Origin: Candidatus Omnitrophota bacterium
GTDB lineage: Bacteria; Omnitrophota; Gorgyraeia; VGKH01
Assembly: GCA_022703055.1 (NCBI GenBank)
Contig: JAKLEP010000002.1
Location: forward strand, 160,480-224,479
Length of the DNA stretch: 64,000 bases
Reading direction: 5' to 3'
Shown: in pieces, positions 30,890 to 40,973 of the stretch
How positions within the stretch are numbered: the first letter of the stretch is position 1
Layout of the letters: every line of letters begins with the position of its first letter
Notes under the pieces: model-generated
Databases searched by the model: none
What the model was told of the DNA's origin: nothing
What the model saw: only the letters and a program-made list of their open reading frames with translations
Program-made: the position numbers and the translations under genes

Positions 30890-32193
30890 AATAATACTAT
30901 TTTCTTATTTTTAATATTTTTGAGGACTCCGCGGGTATCAAAAATCAGATTTGCATGTTTAATTATCTCTCTATAATTTATGCATTTATGATCCGTGGCA
31001 AGAACCACGCAATCGAACTTTTTAATCGTATCCTTGCTTAATTTAATTGATTTAAGATTGATTTTGCCGAATTTTAAATAAGGTATATAGGGATCGAAAT
31101 AAGAAACCTTTATCTTATCCTGGAGCAGCAATTCGATGACATCCAGAGAAGGAGATTTTCTTAAATCTTTGACATCCCTCTTGTAGGTTGCGCCCAAAAC
31201 CAAAACCTTGGATTTGTTCACCGGATTTTTTCTATCTTTTAGCATATCTTTTAATCTGTTGACAATGTATGCTGGCATAGATGAATTGAGTTGCGAAGCT
31301 AATTTGATGAACCGAGAATCAAAACCGAATTTCTTTGCTTTCCAATAAAGGTAAAGCGGATCCTTGGGGATGCAATGGCCGCCGACTCCAGGCCCGGGAT
31401 AAAACGGCATAAAACCGAAAGGCTTAGTCTTAGCAGCGTCAATGATCTCCCAAATATTCATTTTTAACTTATTGGCCATCATGGCCATTTCATTGATCAG
31501 GCCGATATTTACAATGCGAAAAGTATTCTCGATTAGCTTAACCGTCTCCGCTGCACGGGGTGAAGAAACAATAACCGCATGTTTTACAATCTTTCTATAA
31601 AGTAGCTGCGCTAATTTGGAAGAATCGGAGTTTATTCCTCCGATGACCTTGGGAATCTTATTTAAAGGAAAAAGTTTATTGCCGGGGTCTATTCTCTCCG
31701 GAGAAAAGGCCAGATAGAAATCCTTTCCGCAGCGCATTCCCTTTGACTCTAAGATAGGCAGGATTACCTCTTCCGTCGTCCCGGGATAAGTTGTGCTTTC
31801 TAGGATAATAAGTTTGTTTTTACCAATGAACTGGCGGATTTTTCTGACTGCCTGCAACACAAAAGATATGTCCGGCAAATATTTTCTTTTTAGAGGCGTA
31901 GGCACACAAATCAATACAACGTCGCATTCCTCTAATTCTTTGAAATTGGTGGTGGCTTTTATTCTTTTCTTTGACAGGAGAATTTTTAAGTCTTGGCTGG
32001 TGACATCGGCGATATAATTTACGGATTTGTTGACTTTGTTAACCCTGTCGGAATCTGTATCTAGGCCGATAACTTTAAAACCTGCTTTGGCAAAGCTAAC
32101 AGCCAAAGGCAAACCGACATAGCCTAAGCCTACTACTGCTATCTTTGCTTTTTTTGTATCTATCCTGCTTTTTAAGATATTTAATTGCGACAT
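30886..32193 (-). CDS. Nucleotide-sugar 6-dehydrogenase (UDP-GlcNAc/UDP-ManNAc dehydrogenase; TviB/WbpA/WecC-like)
   Basis: KIAVVGLGYVGLPLAVSFAKAGFKVIGLD Rossmann motif and the GPGVGGHCIPKDP catalytic Cys motif; 435 aa. Confidence 0.8.
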   Translation of the reverse strand: MSQLNILKSRIDTKKAKIAVVGLGYVGLPLAVSFAKAGFKVIGLDTDSDRVNKVNKSVNYIADVTSQDLKILLSKKRIKATTNFKELEECDVVLICVPTPLKRKYLPDISFVLQAVRKIRQFIGKNKLIILESTTYPGTTEEVILPILESKGMRCGKDFYLAFSPERIDPGNKLFPLNKIPKVIGGINSDSSKLAQLLYRKIVKHAVIVSSPRAAETVKLIENTFRIVNIGLINEMAMMANKLKMNIWEIIDAAKTKPFGFMPFYPGPGVGGHCIPKDPLYLYWKAKKFGFDSRFIKLASQLNSSMPAYIVNRLKDMLKDRKNPVNKSKVLVLGATYKRDVKDLRKSPSLDVIELLLQDKIKVSYFDPYIPYLKFGKINLKSIKLSKDTIKKFDCVVLATDHKCINYREIIKHANLIFDTRGVLKNIKNKKIVLL

Positions 32194-32197
32194 AAAA

Positions 32198-33502
32198 TTA
32201 CTTGCTTGCCCTGCCGACTGCTACATACTTGAAGCCTAGACTAAGTAATTTATCCCTGTCATAGAAATTTCTTCCGTCGAAGATTATAGCTTGCTTCATT
32301 ATCTTTTTTAAGCGCTTAAAATCTATTTTCCCAAATTCATCCCACTCCGTAACTAGAACTAAACAATCACAATCCTTAGCTAAATCATAAACATCTTTAC
32401 AGAATTTAACATTATTAAGCACTTCTTTAGCTTTAGACATCGCATGAGGATCAAAAACTTTGATTTTTACCCCTTCCTGCTGCAACAGATGAATTATATC
32501 CAGCGACGGGGCATTGCGCATATCATCTGTACCGGGTTTAAAAGCAAGACCCAATATTCCAATCGTCTTATCTTTTAAAATCCAAAGGGTTTTCTCTATG
32601 TTTCTCACTAATGCTTTTTTCTGCTCTTCGTTTATGGCCTTAACGCATTTAAGCAAACTAAAATCATATCCTTCTTTCTGGGCGATACTGATAAAGGCAT
32701 CCACGTCCTTCGGGAAACAACTACCTCCGTATCCTATGCCAGCGTCTAGAAAAGCTCTACCTATTCTCTGATCAAAGCCCATGCCTTCGGCTACTTTAGA
32801 CACATCAGCACCCACTAAATCACAAATCTGGGAAATTGCGTTTATAAAAGAAATCTTGGCCGCCAGAAAAGAATTTGAAGCGTGCTTAATCAATTCAGCC
32901 GATTTGATATCCGTAACCACCACTGGAGCCTTTAAGGGACGGTAAAGTTTCATAAGAAGCTCCTTGGCTTCTTCCGACTCAACCCCAAGGACAACTCGGT
33001 CAGGATGCATGAAGTCATTAATCGCCTTGCCTTCTCTTAAGAACTCAGGGTTGGATGCCACATCAAAGTTAATCTTCTTTTTATTATTTATCTGAATGGT
33101 ATGTTTAATCCATCTTCCGGTATCCACAGGAACCGTCGATTTCTCGACTATAAGCTTATACGATTTCATGGACTGCGCGATTTCTGCCGCAACATTTTCT
33201 ATAAAAGTGAGGTCTGCCTCGCCGTTTTTCTTGGAAGGAGTTCCTACGGCGATGAAGATTATATCTGTCTTATCAATGGCTTCTTTTATGCTGGATGAAA
33301 AAGCAAGGTTGCCTTTTTTGACGTTTTTCCTCATCATGTCCTCGAGGCCAGGCTCAAAAATCGGCATGATAAGCTTCTTTAAATTAGCGATTTTTTGTTT
33401 GTTATTATCTACGCAGATTACTTGATTGCCTAGTTCGGCGAAACAAACTCCGCTAACCAAACCGACATAACCTGTGCCGATAATCGAAATTTTCATAGTC
33501 AT
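32198..33502 (-). CDS. ugd: UDP-glucose 6-dehydrogenase
   Basis: MKISIIGTGYVGLVSGVCFAELGNQVICVD and GYGGSCFPKDV catalytic Cys motif; 434 aa. Confidence 0.9.
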   Translation of the reverse strand: MTMKISIIGTGYVGLVSGVCFAELGNQVICVDNNKQKIANLKKLIMPIFEPGLEDMMRKNVKKGNLAFSSSIKEAIDKTDIIFIAVGTPSKKNGEADLTFIENVAAEIAQSMKSYKLIVEKSTVPVDTGRWIKHTIQINNKKKINFDVASNPEFLREGKAINDFMHPDRVVLGVESEEAKELLMKLYRPLKAPVVVTDIKSAELIKHASNSFLAAKISFINAISQICDLVGADVSKVAEGMGFDQRIGRAFLDAGIGYGGSCFPKDVDAFISIAQKEGYDFSLLKCVKAINEEQKKALVRNIEKTLWILKDKTIGILGLAFKPGTDDMRNAPSLDIIHLLQQEGVKIKVFDPHAMSKAKEVLNNVKFCKDVYDLAKDCDCLVLVTEWDEFGKIDFKRLKKIMKQAIIFDGRNFYDRDKLLSLGFKYVAVGRASK

Positions 33503-33509
33503 AGCTTCC

Positions 33510-35681
33510 TTATTCCGACTGAGAACCGGCTTTTCTCTGATGGTAGGACTTGTTCATATCGAAGGCCATCTCGGGGAATGCCTTCAATCTCATAATCAAC
33601 CAAATTGCGCTTCCATTGCCTCTGGTAATATTATAATTGATTTCCATCTCCCAGCAATGGAGGTCTCTTACTATCGTGTAATCCTGCTCCAATAAATTGT
33701 CAAAACGCGGATACCAACGTTCATAAATCCTAAAGCCCCATTTATCGTTGAGGCGATATTTTAATTCAGTGGTCGTCTGATTGCTGATTTTTCTTTCAAA
33801 TCTTCTACCCAGGCCAAATGACCATTTCTCTTCTTCATTTTCTTTATGCTTGGCATCATGAAGATATATATCGAAATTGCCGGAGCTGAAATATTTGTTT
33901 CTACGGTCATAAACCGAATCGGCATCCAGGCGTATCCAATTATGAGGCAGAAATTCCAGATCGGAGTTAATGTTAGAAAAGCTTCCGCCCTCGTCTTGGC
34001 CATGTTTAAATATATAGGTCGAATCTACAATATAACGCAAGAAATCAACCGTTTTTAAATCCCGTTTTGTCTGAAGCTTATTTTCCAGGCTAAGTTTTAA
34101 GTCGCTGGCTTTTCCTATCGAGTCTATAGTGTCATATTGAATTAATTCGGCAGAAGTGACATTGGGTTTACGTATATAACTGTAAGTGATACTCGGCGTT
34201 ATAATGTGTCTTAAGCCATTATATCTAAAAAATAACGTATCATTACTTTTGTCAAACAACTTATAAAATTTTGTACTCAGATTTATTCCTGAATATAAAA
34301 CGTTTCTAAGCTCGTCTCCGGATTTATCGATATTGTTGCTAAAATAAGTTTCCCTGACACCGACGAAGGGACTGACCCCAACAAAACCTACCTTATCCTG
34401 ATGGGAAAGCTCATTGTATGTATCAAATCTAAAGGTTTTTTGGTTCAAATCCGAAGGAGCAGCTTCTTTATTTGCCAAGAACGCTGAGCTAGAATTGTTC
34501 AGAAAATAGAAATAAGAACTGCCTAATCTATAGCTGGGAACATCTAGTTTTAATTCCGGGAGCCTCTCAGTCTCGGTGAAATATCTGTTGAAGCGTTTCC
34601 TGACCAGCATATTCAGGCTGTAATAAGGCCTCGCCTTGGTTAATAAAAGGTAGGAGTCCGGCTGGTAATCCTTTTCGTACTCGGAGTAAAAATAATCTTT
34701 AACGAAAGATTCATCCGACATCCGGTTGAATTGCATAACCATATTGGTCTCATCGTCTATCTTTTTAGATTGCTGCAGCTGGATTCTGAATCTTTCTCTT
34801 TCCGTTGTATTCCGCGGCTCATCCCAGACATGCTTAGTCTCGATGTTACGTTCGTTTGTATAATAGGTCCTAAGTATGCCTTTGCCTAGCAATGACGTAT
34901 CAAAAGTATTGTCGAAACCCCAGGCAAAATCTTTTCTTTCGCGATAGTCCAAATGCAAGCGTCCATTTAGATACTGATTAAAATCATAGCGCCATGCCTG
35001 CAACAAGAATGTCCCCCAGTCTTTAGAACTCCCGGGGACTAAAGTAACCCGTGGACGATTCTCATCTAAGCTCTGGACAAATTTAGGTATATAAAACAAG
35101 GGGAGATTGCCCACTCTAAGCGTAACGTTTCTGGCAATGACCTTATTTTCCGGGAAAACTTCAATTCTCTTGGCTTGAAATCTGTAGTGCGGATGGGCTA
35201 AATCGCAAGTGGTAACGTAACCTTTATTAACTCTAAACTCGCTTGCATTAATTCTCTCTATAGACTCGCCCTTGCCGTAAAATGGCTTAGCCTTAATTTC
35301 TCCGTTGATGATCTTACCTTCGCTTTTATCAAAGTTATAGACAATCTTATCTCCAGTTATTTCACCTTTTTGGGAAACAACTTTTACATGACCTTCGGCA
35401 AGCGCGTCTTTGGTCTGTGTGTTTACCTTGATTTTATCGCAAGTTAATGTCGAGCCCTGATAGGTAATAATAACCTTACCTTCTGCTTCGATTTCTTTAG
35501 TATCGGATAAGAATTCTACTTTATCTCCGTCAACAATGATAGGCTGCTTTTTCTCTTCAGCGATAGGCTGCTTCGTATCTCCAATAACAGAATCTTTCTT
35601 CTCTTCGCAGAAAGACTCTGTCAAAAAGAGAATCAAGGACAAAATAAAAACGATAAAAATAATTAACTTATATTTCTTCAT
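33510..35681 (-). CDS. lptD: LPS-assembly outer-membrane protein LptD (OstA family)
   Basis: Signal peptide MKKYKLIIFIVFILSLILF, an N-terminal OstA/LptA-like jellyroll (IIVDGDKVEFLSD...AEGKVIITYQGSTLTCDKIKVN...AEGHVKV), and a long aromatic-rich beta-barrel region. Start is set at ATG 35681 rather than the TTG at 35702. Confidence 0.75.
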   Translation of the reverse strand: MKKYKLIIFIVFILSLILFLTESFCEEKKDSVIGDTKQPIAEEKKQPIIVDGDKVEFLSDTKEIEAEGKVIITYQGSTLTCDKIKVNTQTKDALAEGHVKVVSQKGEITGDKIVYNFDKSEGKIINGEIKAKPFYGKGESIERINASEFRVNKGYVTTCDLAHPHYRFQAKRIEVFPENKVIARNVTLRVGNLPLFYIPKFVQSLDENRPRVTLVPGSSKDWGTFLLQAWRYDFNQYLNGRLHLDYRERKDFAWGFDNTFDTSLLGKGILRTYYTNERNIETKHVWDEPRNTTERERFRIQLQQSKKIDDETNMVMQFNRMSDESFVKDYFYSEYEKDYQPDSYLLLTKARPYYSLNMLVRKRFNRYFTETERLPELKLDVPSYRLGSSYFYFLNNSSSAFLANKEAAPSDLNQKTFRFDTYNELSHQDKVGFVGVSPFVGVRETYFSNNIDKSGDELRNVLYSGINLSTKFYKLFDKSNDTLFFRYNGLRHIITPSITYSYIRKPNVTSAELIQYDTIDSIGKASDLKLSLENKLQTKRDLKTVDFLRYIVDSTYIFKHGQDEGGSFSNINSDLEFLPHNWIRLDADSVYDRRNKYFSSGNFDIYLHDAKHKENEEEKWSFGLGRRFERKISNQTTTELKYRLNDKWGFRIYERWYPRFDNLLEQDYTIVRDLHCWEMEINYNITRGNGSAIWLIMRLKAFPEMAFDMNKSYHQRKAGSQSE

Positions 35682-35723
35682 TATTAAGCTTTTGGGTCTC
35701 AAAATTAGTAGCCAAAGATCTGG

Positions 35724-36647
35724 TTAATCGGTATTCTCTTTCACTAAAAACATTGCCCCGAAAATTCCGGCGTTATCTGTCAATTTGGCCTTTACAATCT
35801 TAACGGTCCTTCTCTGAGTAGGCATCGCCAAAGATTTTACCGTATTTTCAATTTCATCGAATAAAACCTTGCCTGCATTAGCAACCCCTCCGCCAATAAC
35901 TATTCTGTCGGGATTCAAAAGATTGACAACCCCTGCCAAGGCTACGCCGATATGCCTACCTGCCTCTTGCCAGATGGCAATAGCTTTTTTATTCTTTTTT
36001 TTGGCCAATTCAGCCAATCTCTCCAGAGATATGGAACTACCAAAACTGCCTCTTGCTTTCTGTAATAAATATTTATTGCCCACGAAACGTTCAAGACAGC
36101 CTCTGCCGCCACAATTACATTTCGGCCCTTTTTCTGCTATCGGCATATGGCCTACCTCGCCGGCAGAAAAACTTGAACCACGGTAAATATTGCCATCAAT
36201 AATTACCCCTCCGCCAACGCCTGTTCCCAAAGTTATACAAACCGCGTTTTTGGCATTTCTGGCTGCGCCCATACGGCTTTCTGCTAAAGCAACAAGATTA
36301 ACATCGTTATCAACAAAAGTTTTTATGCCAGTTCTTAAACTAAACCATTTCCTTATAGGGAATTTCCTCCAGCCGGGAATATTAGGAAGATAATCTACTA
36401 TACCATTTTTGAAATCAACCGGGCCAGGAAGACCGATCCCCGCCCCTATTATATCTTTGGCATGTAATTTCTTTTCTTGCAAAATGTTATGTACTGTTCT
36501 GGTAATCTCGGCCAGCAACTTTAATCTTCCAGGAAAACTCTTAGTCGTCAAATTGACTTTTTTAAGGATTTTACCTTTCGAATCCAATAAACCTATCTTA
36601 ACGTTAGTTGCCCCCAAGTCTATTCCGATTATGAATTTTGATTGCAT
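35724..36647 (-). CDS. ROK-family sugar kinase (glucokinase-like)
   Basis: IIGIDLGATNVKIGLLD, GLPGPVD, and the ROK zinc motif GHMPI...CNCGGRGCLERF; 307 aa. Confidence 0.85.
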   Translation of the reverse strand: MQSKFIIGIDLGATNVKIGLLDSKGKILKKVNLTTKSFPGRLKLLAEITRTVHNILQEKKLHAKDIIGAGIGLPGPVDFKNGIVDYLPNIPGWRKFPIRKWFSLRTGIKTFVDNDVNLVALAESRMGAARNAKNAVCITLGTGVGGGVIIDGNIYRGSSFSAGEVGHMPIAEKGPKCNCGGRGCLERFVGNKYLLQKARGSFGSSISLERLAELAKKKNKKAIAIWQEAGRHIGVALAGVVNLLNPDRIVIGGGVANAGKVLFDEIENTVKSLAMPTQRRTVKIVKAKLTDNAGIFGAMFLVKENTD

Positions 36648-36703
36648 TTGAATAGTTATTATATATTAACTAAGATTATTTTGCAAGCCTATAAAAGGAA
36701 ATA

Positions 36704-37714
36704 TTAGGACTTGTATTCTCCGAAAACGCAAACCCGATTTTTCCCCATATTCTTTGCCCGGTAAAGACACCAGTCTGCTTTGTCCAAGAGTTCTTCGACA
36801 GTCTTCGCATCTTCCGGAAATGTGGTTACACCGATGCTAACGGTTACCTTCAATCTCTCATCGTAAGCCTTGATTTCTTTATTATGGATGTTTTCCCTGA
36901 TACGTTCTGCCACAAATTCGGCGCCTTTTTTTGCGGTATCGGTCAAAATAACCAAGAACTCTTCTCCGCCGTACCTCCCTACCAAATCTATCTCTCGGAT
37001 ATTTGACTTAATGCTCCTAGCAACATCCTTTAATACTGCATCTCCAACCAGATGGCCGAATTTGTCGTTATAAGACTTAAAATTATCAACATCCAGCATT
37101 AAAAAAGAAAGGTTCATTTTGTACTTAGCCGATCTTTGCAATTCCTCTGAAAACCTGGCGAAACAGTGCCTGCGAGTATACAGCTTGGTAAGGCTATCAG
37201 TAATGGCTAGTTTTTCTATTTCCTCATATAATTTTATCCTATTAAGGCCCAAAGAAAACTGGTGAGCCAAGACTGAGAACCTATCTTTCTCGCCAGCCGA
37301 AATACCCTTTACAACTAGATATCCGGCTTCCTGCTTATGTGATTTTAACGGAAAAATAAAATAATCCTTATAATCCTTTAGCTTTGAATCGTCAAAGCTA
37401 ATCTGAAGGTCTTGAAAAGCCATATTGTGACTTTCCAGTTTATCTTTAAATATTGTAAATGCCTCCTCTTCTTTCAATGTTTTTGCGATATCCTTGGTAA
37501 TTTCATAAAGCGCAAAAGTGTTTTCTGCCTCTGTCTCAAGTTCATAAATATTTTTGTGCAAAACGGTTGTTTCGGCAAAAAGTTTATCATAAGATAGCTG
37601 CCTTTCGCGTAATTTCTGGCTAGCCGTCGATTCTCTCCCCTTCAATAATGATTGCAGGGAATAAATAGAGAAAAATGTAATAGCCAAAAGTAAAACCCAG
37701 GCTATGAACAGCAT
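36704..37714 (-). CDS. Membrane-anchored diguanylate cyclase (GGDEF), with RxxD I-site
   Basis: N-terminal TM helix, coiled-coil-like linker, and a GGDEF domain with REIDLVGRYGGEEF (RxxD five residues before GGEEF). Confidence 0.85.
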   Translation of the reverse strand: MLFIAWVLLLAITFFSIYSLQSLLKGRESTASQKLRERQLSYDKLFAETTVLHKNIYELETEAENTFALYEITKDIAKTLKEEEAFTIFKDKLESHNMAFQDLQISFDDSKLKDYKDYFIFPLKSHKQEAGYLVVKGISAGEKDRFSVLAHQFSLGLNRIKLYEEIEKLAITDSLTKLYTRRHCFARFSEELQRSAKYKMNLSFLMLDVDNFKSYNDKFGHLVGDAVLKDVARSIKSNIREIDLVGRYGGEEFLVILTDTAKKGAEFVAERIRENIHNKEIKAYDERLKVTVSIGVTTFPEDAKTVEELLDKADWCLYRAKNMGKNRVCVFGEYKS

Positions 37715-38997
37715 ACCTTATCCCTTCCTGAATCTTTAGCTTTAAGAAGCTGCATATCTGCCTTTAATATAAACTCCTCTTTAGTTCGTGCGTCAGAAGG
37801 AAAACTAGCTACCCCCATAGAAACAGTGATGTTGGTTTTTTTCTTGCGCAAGAATATATCAAAGTCTTTGATTTTCTTTCTTAGCTCATCTGCCAGGTGG
37901 ACAGCCTTAGCTTTGGGGATATCGGGCAATAAAACCGCAAACTCTTCGCCTCCGTATCGGCAAACAAGATTTCCCGGTTCAGAAAAAAAGCTGTTTAAAA
38001 TATTGCCTACTGTTTTTAACACAATATCTCCGGCGATGTGGCCGTATTTATCATTATATGATTTAAATTTATCAATATCTAAAATAATCAGGGAGACTTC
38101 CGATTTCTTTCTTACCGCCCTGATAATTTCTTGATTAAGCTGGTGGAAGAAATACCGTCTCAAGTACAAGCTGGTAAGGTCGTCTCTTATTGCCAGCTCC
38201 CTGGTCCGCTGATAAAGCATCGCGTTCTCAAGAGCCATTGCTCCTAGGTCGGAAATAGTGGAGAGAAATCTTAAGTCTTCGGAATTAAAAACTCCCGGAT
38301 GAGGGTTGTCTATCCTCAAAACGCCGAGCATTGTTTTACCGCTAGATAGAGGCGAAGATATCATAGAACGAAAACCCCTTATGTCTTTCTGGGGAATCTT
38401 TTCTAAATCAAAGCGAAAATCTTTCTCGGCATCTTCTATTATTAAAGGCTGCATCTTAACCAAAACCCAGTGATCAAATATGTCCCCAATTTTTGATTTA
38501 ATGGGAGCGCTTTGGTCTTCTTTTTTGGTAGCCAAGATCCCTAGCTCTTTGGATTCCTGGTCGAACAAAAACAAAATACAAACATTGCCTTTTTTATACA
38601 AGAGGTTAAATGCTTCGTTAACAAGGAATCGCGCTATATCATCTAAAACGAGGCTGCTGCCAAGCGTCTCAGTCAGACCTTTAAGAGAATTATATCTTTG
38701 TATTTTATGATTTAAACTTTTGACCAGAGAATTGCTTTGCTTAAAATCATTGGACAGCAGATTTATCTTTTCCTGAAGCTCTTCTTCTTGCAGAGATAAC
38801 ACTTTTTTCTTTTTAACAAGCCCGTGAATAAGACAATAGACAACCACAAGCAGGACCAAGAAAAAACAAGCGAGATATATTAGAGATGAAATATTATATT
38901 TAAGGGAATAAAAAAGAAAAAAAAGAAGGTAGGCTATAAATATGACAAAAGAAGCAATATAATTATTAAATAATCGTTTCCTCTGTGTCTTTATCAA
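37702..38997 (-). CDS. Membrane-anchored GAF-GGDEF diguanylate cyclase, no I-site
   Basis: Two N-terminal TM helices, a GAF-like region (...[40 protein letters not shown]), and a GGDEF domain with [14 protein letters not shown] (no RxxD). TTG start. Confidence 0.8.
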   Translation of the reverse strand: MIKTQRKRLFNNYIASFVIFIAYLLFFLFYSLKYNISSLIYLACFFLVLLVVVYCLIHGLVKKKKVLSLQEEELQEKINLLSNDFKQSNSLVKSLNHKIQRYNSLKGLTETLGSSLVLDDIARFLVNEAFNLLYKKGNVCILFLFDQESKELGILATKKEDQSAPIKSKIGDIFDHWVLVKMQPLIIEDAEKDFRFDLEKIPQKDIRGFRSMISSPLSSGKTMLGVLRIDNPHPGVFNSEDLRFLSTISDLGAMALENAMLYQRTRELAIRDDLTSLYLRRYFFHQLNQEIIRAVRKKSEVSLIILDIDKFKSYNDKYGHIAGDIVLKTVGNILNSFFSEPGNLVCRYGGEEFAVLLPDIPKAKAVHLADELRKKIKDFDIFLRKKKTNITVSMGVASFPSDARTKEEFILKADMQLLKAKDSGRDKVCCS

Positions 38998-40069
38998 AGA
39001 AATGAACCTTACTCATGTCGAAAACTAAGTCCATATCCCGATTAACTTCCGGCCGGTCATGGGCGCCAACCCTTGCGATAAAAGTATGCTTTCCGGTATT
39101 CAGATAAAGGTAGACCTCTGAACCCATCGGCTCAAAGACTTCGCAAGTTACCCTGACGATATTCTCGGGCGGAGCCTCGGAAACAAATAATTTATCATAG
39201 ATATCTTCTGAGCGGATACCGAGCACAACATCCTTATCTAAATAAGATCTGAGCTGATCGTACATCTCCTGGACAATCTTAACCTGGAATTTGCCTTCGT
39301 TAAAATACAGCTTTCCTTCTCTCTTGAAAATCTTGCCAGTCATAAAATTCATTGGCGGCGAGCCGATAAAACCTGCGACAAACTTATTTACCGGCTTATC
39401 GTATATGGTTATGGGATCAGCTATCTGCTGGACCTTGCCGCTTTTCATGACTACGATTTTGTCGCCCATAGTCATGGCCTCGACCTGGTCGTGAGTGACA
39501 TAAATCATTGTTGTCTGAAGCCTCAGATGCAATTTGTGTATTTCCGTACGCATCTGCACCCTCATCTTGGCATCTAAGTTACTCAGGGGTTCATCAAATA
39601 AGAATACCATCGGTTTTCTCACGATGGCACGACCGACAGCTACACGCTGTCTCTCTCCGCCCGATAATTCCTTAGGCCGGCGGTTTAATAGCTTCTGAAT
39701 GCCTAAAATCTCAGCTGCCTCTTTGACTCTACGGTCAATCTCCAATCTAGGGTAACCTCTTAACTTTAATCCAAAAGCCATATTCTCAAAAACTGTCATG
39801 TGAGGATAAAGCGCGTAATTCTGGAATACCATGGCGATATCCCTATTTTTTGCCGGAACATTATTTACAAGGCGGTTCCCGATAAAAATATCCCCGGAAC
39901 TCGGCTCTTCTAAACCCGCAATCATTCTTAGAGTAGTAGATTTTCCACAGCCAGACGGACCGACCAAAACCACGAATTCTTTATTATTGATACCGAGATT
40001 GACATTATCTACTGCGAGGATATTCCCCGGAAAGATTTTTGTGAGGTTTCTTACACTTACCTGAGCCAT
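38966..40069 (-). CDS. Carbohydrate-type ABC transporter ATP-binding protein (MalK/UgpC/MsmX family)
   Basis: GPSGCGKST Walker [15 protein letters not shown] signature, [11 protein letters not shown] Walker B, and a C-terminal MalK-type regulatory/TOBE region. No permease or binding-protein gene is adjacent. Confidence 0.85.
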   Translation of the reverse strand: MAQVSVRNLTKIFPGNILAVDNVNLGINNKEFVVLVGPSGCGKSTTLRMIAGLEEPSSGDIFIGNRLVNNVPAKNRDIAMVFQNYALYPHMTVFENMAFGLKLRGYPRLEIDRRVKEAAEILGIQKLLNRRPKELSGGERQRVAVGRAIVRKPMVFLFDEPLSNLDAKMRVQMRTEIHKLHLRLQTTMIYVTHDQVEAMTMGDKIVVMKSGKVQQIADPITIYDKPVNKFVAGFIGSPPMNFMTGKIFKREGKLYFNEGKFQVKIVQEMYDQLRSYLDKDVVLGIRSEDIYDKLFVSEAPPENIVRVTCEVFEPMGSEVYLYLNTGKHTFIARVGAHDRPEVNRDMDLVFDMSKVHFFDKDTEETII

Positions 40070-40125
40070 AAGGTTTTTTCTATCTTGTTATATTTAAAAT
40101 TATTATAACAAAACACCTGGTTTCT

Positions 40126-40965
40126 TCAACTAAAATAATCCATTAAGCTGCTGAGAGTGGATTGCAAATTCTTACGATGCACTATCATATCGATAAGCCC
40201 ATGCTCCAACAAGAACTCCGAACGCTGAAAACCCTCTGGAAGTTTTTGCTTTATAGTCTGCTCAATAACTCTTGGGCCGGTAAAACCTATTAAAGCTTTA
40301 GGCTCGGCGATAATTACATCTCCTAAGCCAGCAAAAGAAGCCATAACTCCCGCCATGGTAGGATTGGTTAGAACTGAAATGTACAAAAGACCAGCATCTT
40401 GATGTTTAGCTAGCGCTGCCGAGGTCTTCGCCATCTGCATTAGAGAGAACATACCTTCATACATCCTCGCTCCGCCGCCCGAACCGGAAATGATAATCAT
40501 GGGGAATCTCTTCTTTGTAGCCGCTTCAATTGCGCGAGTAATCCTCTCGCCAACGACCGATCCCATGGAGCCCATAATAAAACGAGAATCTGTCACAGCC
40601 AAGCCAGCATTTTTACCGCCTATTTTGCCCAGGCCTGTTATTGCTGCATCTTTTAGGCCTGTCAAATCTTGGTCGGCCTGCAATTTTTCTTTATAGGATT
40701 TTGGCCCGCAGAACTCTAAGGGATCAACTGGAGAAAGTTCGCTGTCCAGTTCCTGAAAGGTATCTTTATCCAATAAAGAATCTATTCTTTCTCTTGCTGT
40801 GAGTGTAAAATGAAAATTGCAGTTAGGGCAAACTTTGAAATTATCAATTAACTTTTTATTATAGATCGGTTGGTTGCAGCCTTCGCATTTAGTCCATAAT
40901 CCGTCGGGGATATCCTTTTTCTTGACTCTTACGATGGTATATTTTGGCTTGCCGAATAATGGCAT
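40126..40965 (-). CDS. accD: Acetyl-CoA carboxylase carboxyltransferase beta subunit
   Basis: N-terminal zinc ribbon WTKCEGCNQPIYNKKL...CPNCNFH followed by the carboxyltransferase domain (GGSMGSVVGE-like GSMGSVVGER); 279 aa. Confidence 0.92.
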   Translation of the reverse strand: MPLFGKPKYTIVRVKKKDIPDGLWTKCEGCNQPIYNKKLIDNFKVCPNCNFHFTLTARERIDSLLDKDTFQELDSELSPVDPLEFCGPKSYKEKLQADQDLTGLKDAAITGLGKIGGKNAGLAVTDSRFIMGSMGSVVGERITRAIEAATKKRFPMIIISGSGGGARMYEGMFSLMQMAKTSAALAKHQDAGLLYISVLTNPTMAGVMASFAGLGDVIIAEPKALIGFTGPRVIEQTIKQKLPEGFQRSEFLLEHGLIDMIVHRKNLQSTLSSLMDYFS

Positions 40966-40973
40966 CTAAATCC

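Noticed and set aside
38966-40069. Orphan MalK-like ATPase without a permease, considered as unusual
   Set aside because: Stand-alone, shared (MsmX-type) sugar ABC ATPases are common, so nothing here goes beyond an ordinary annotation.
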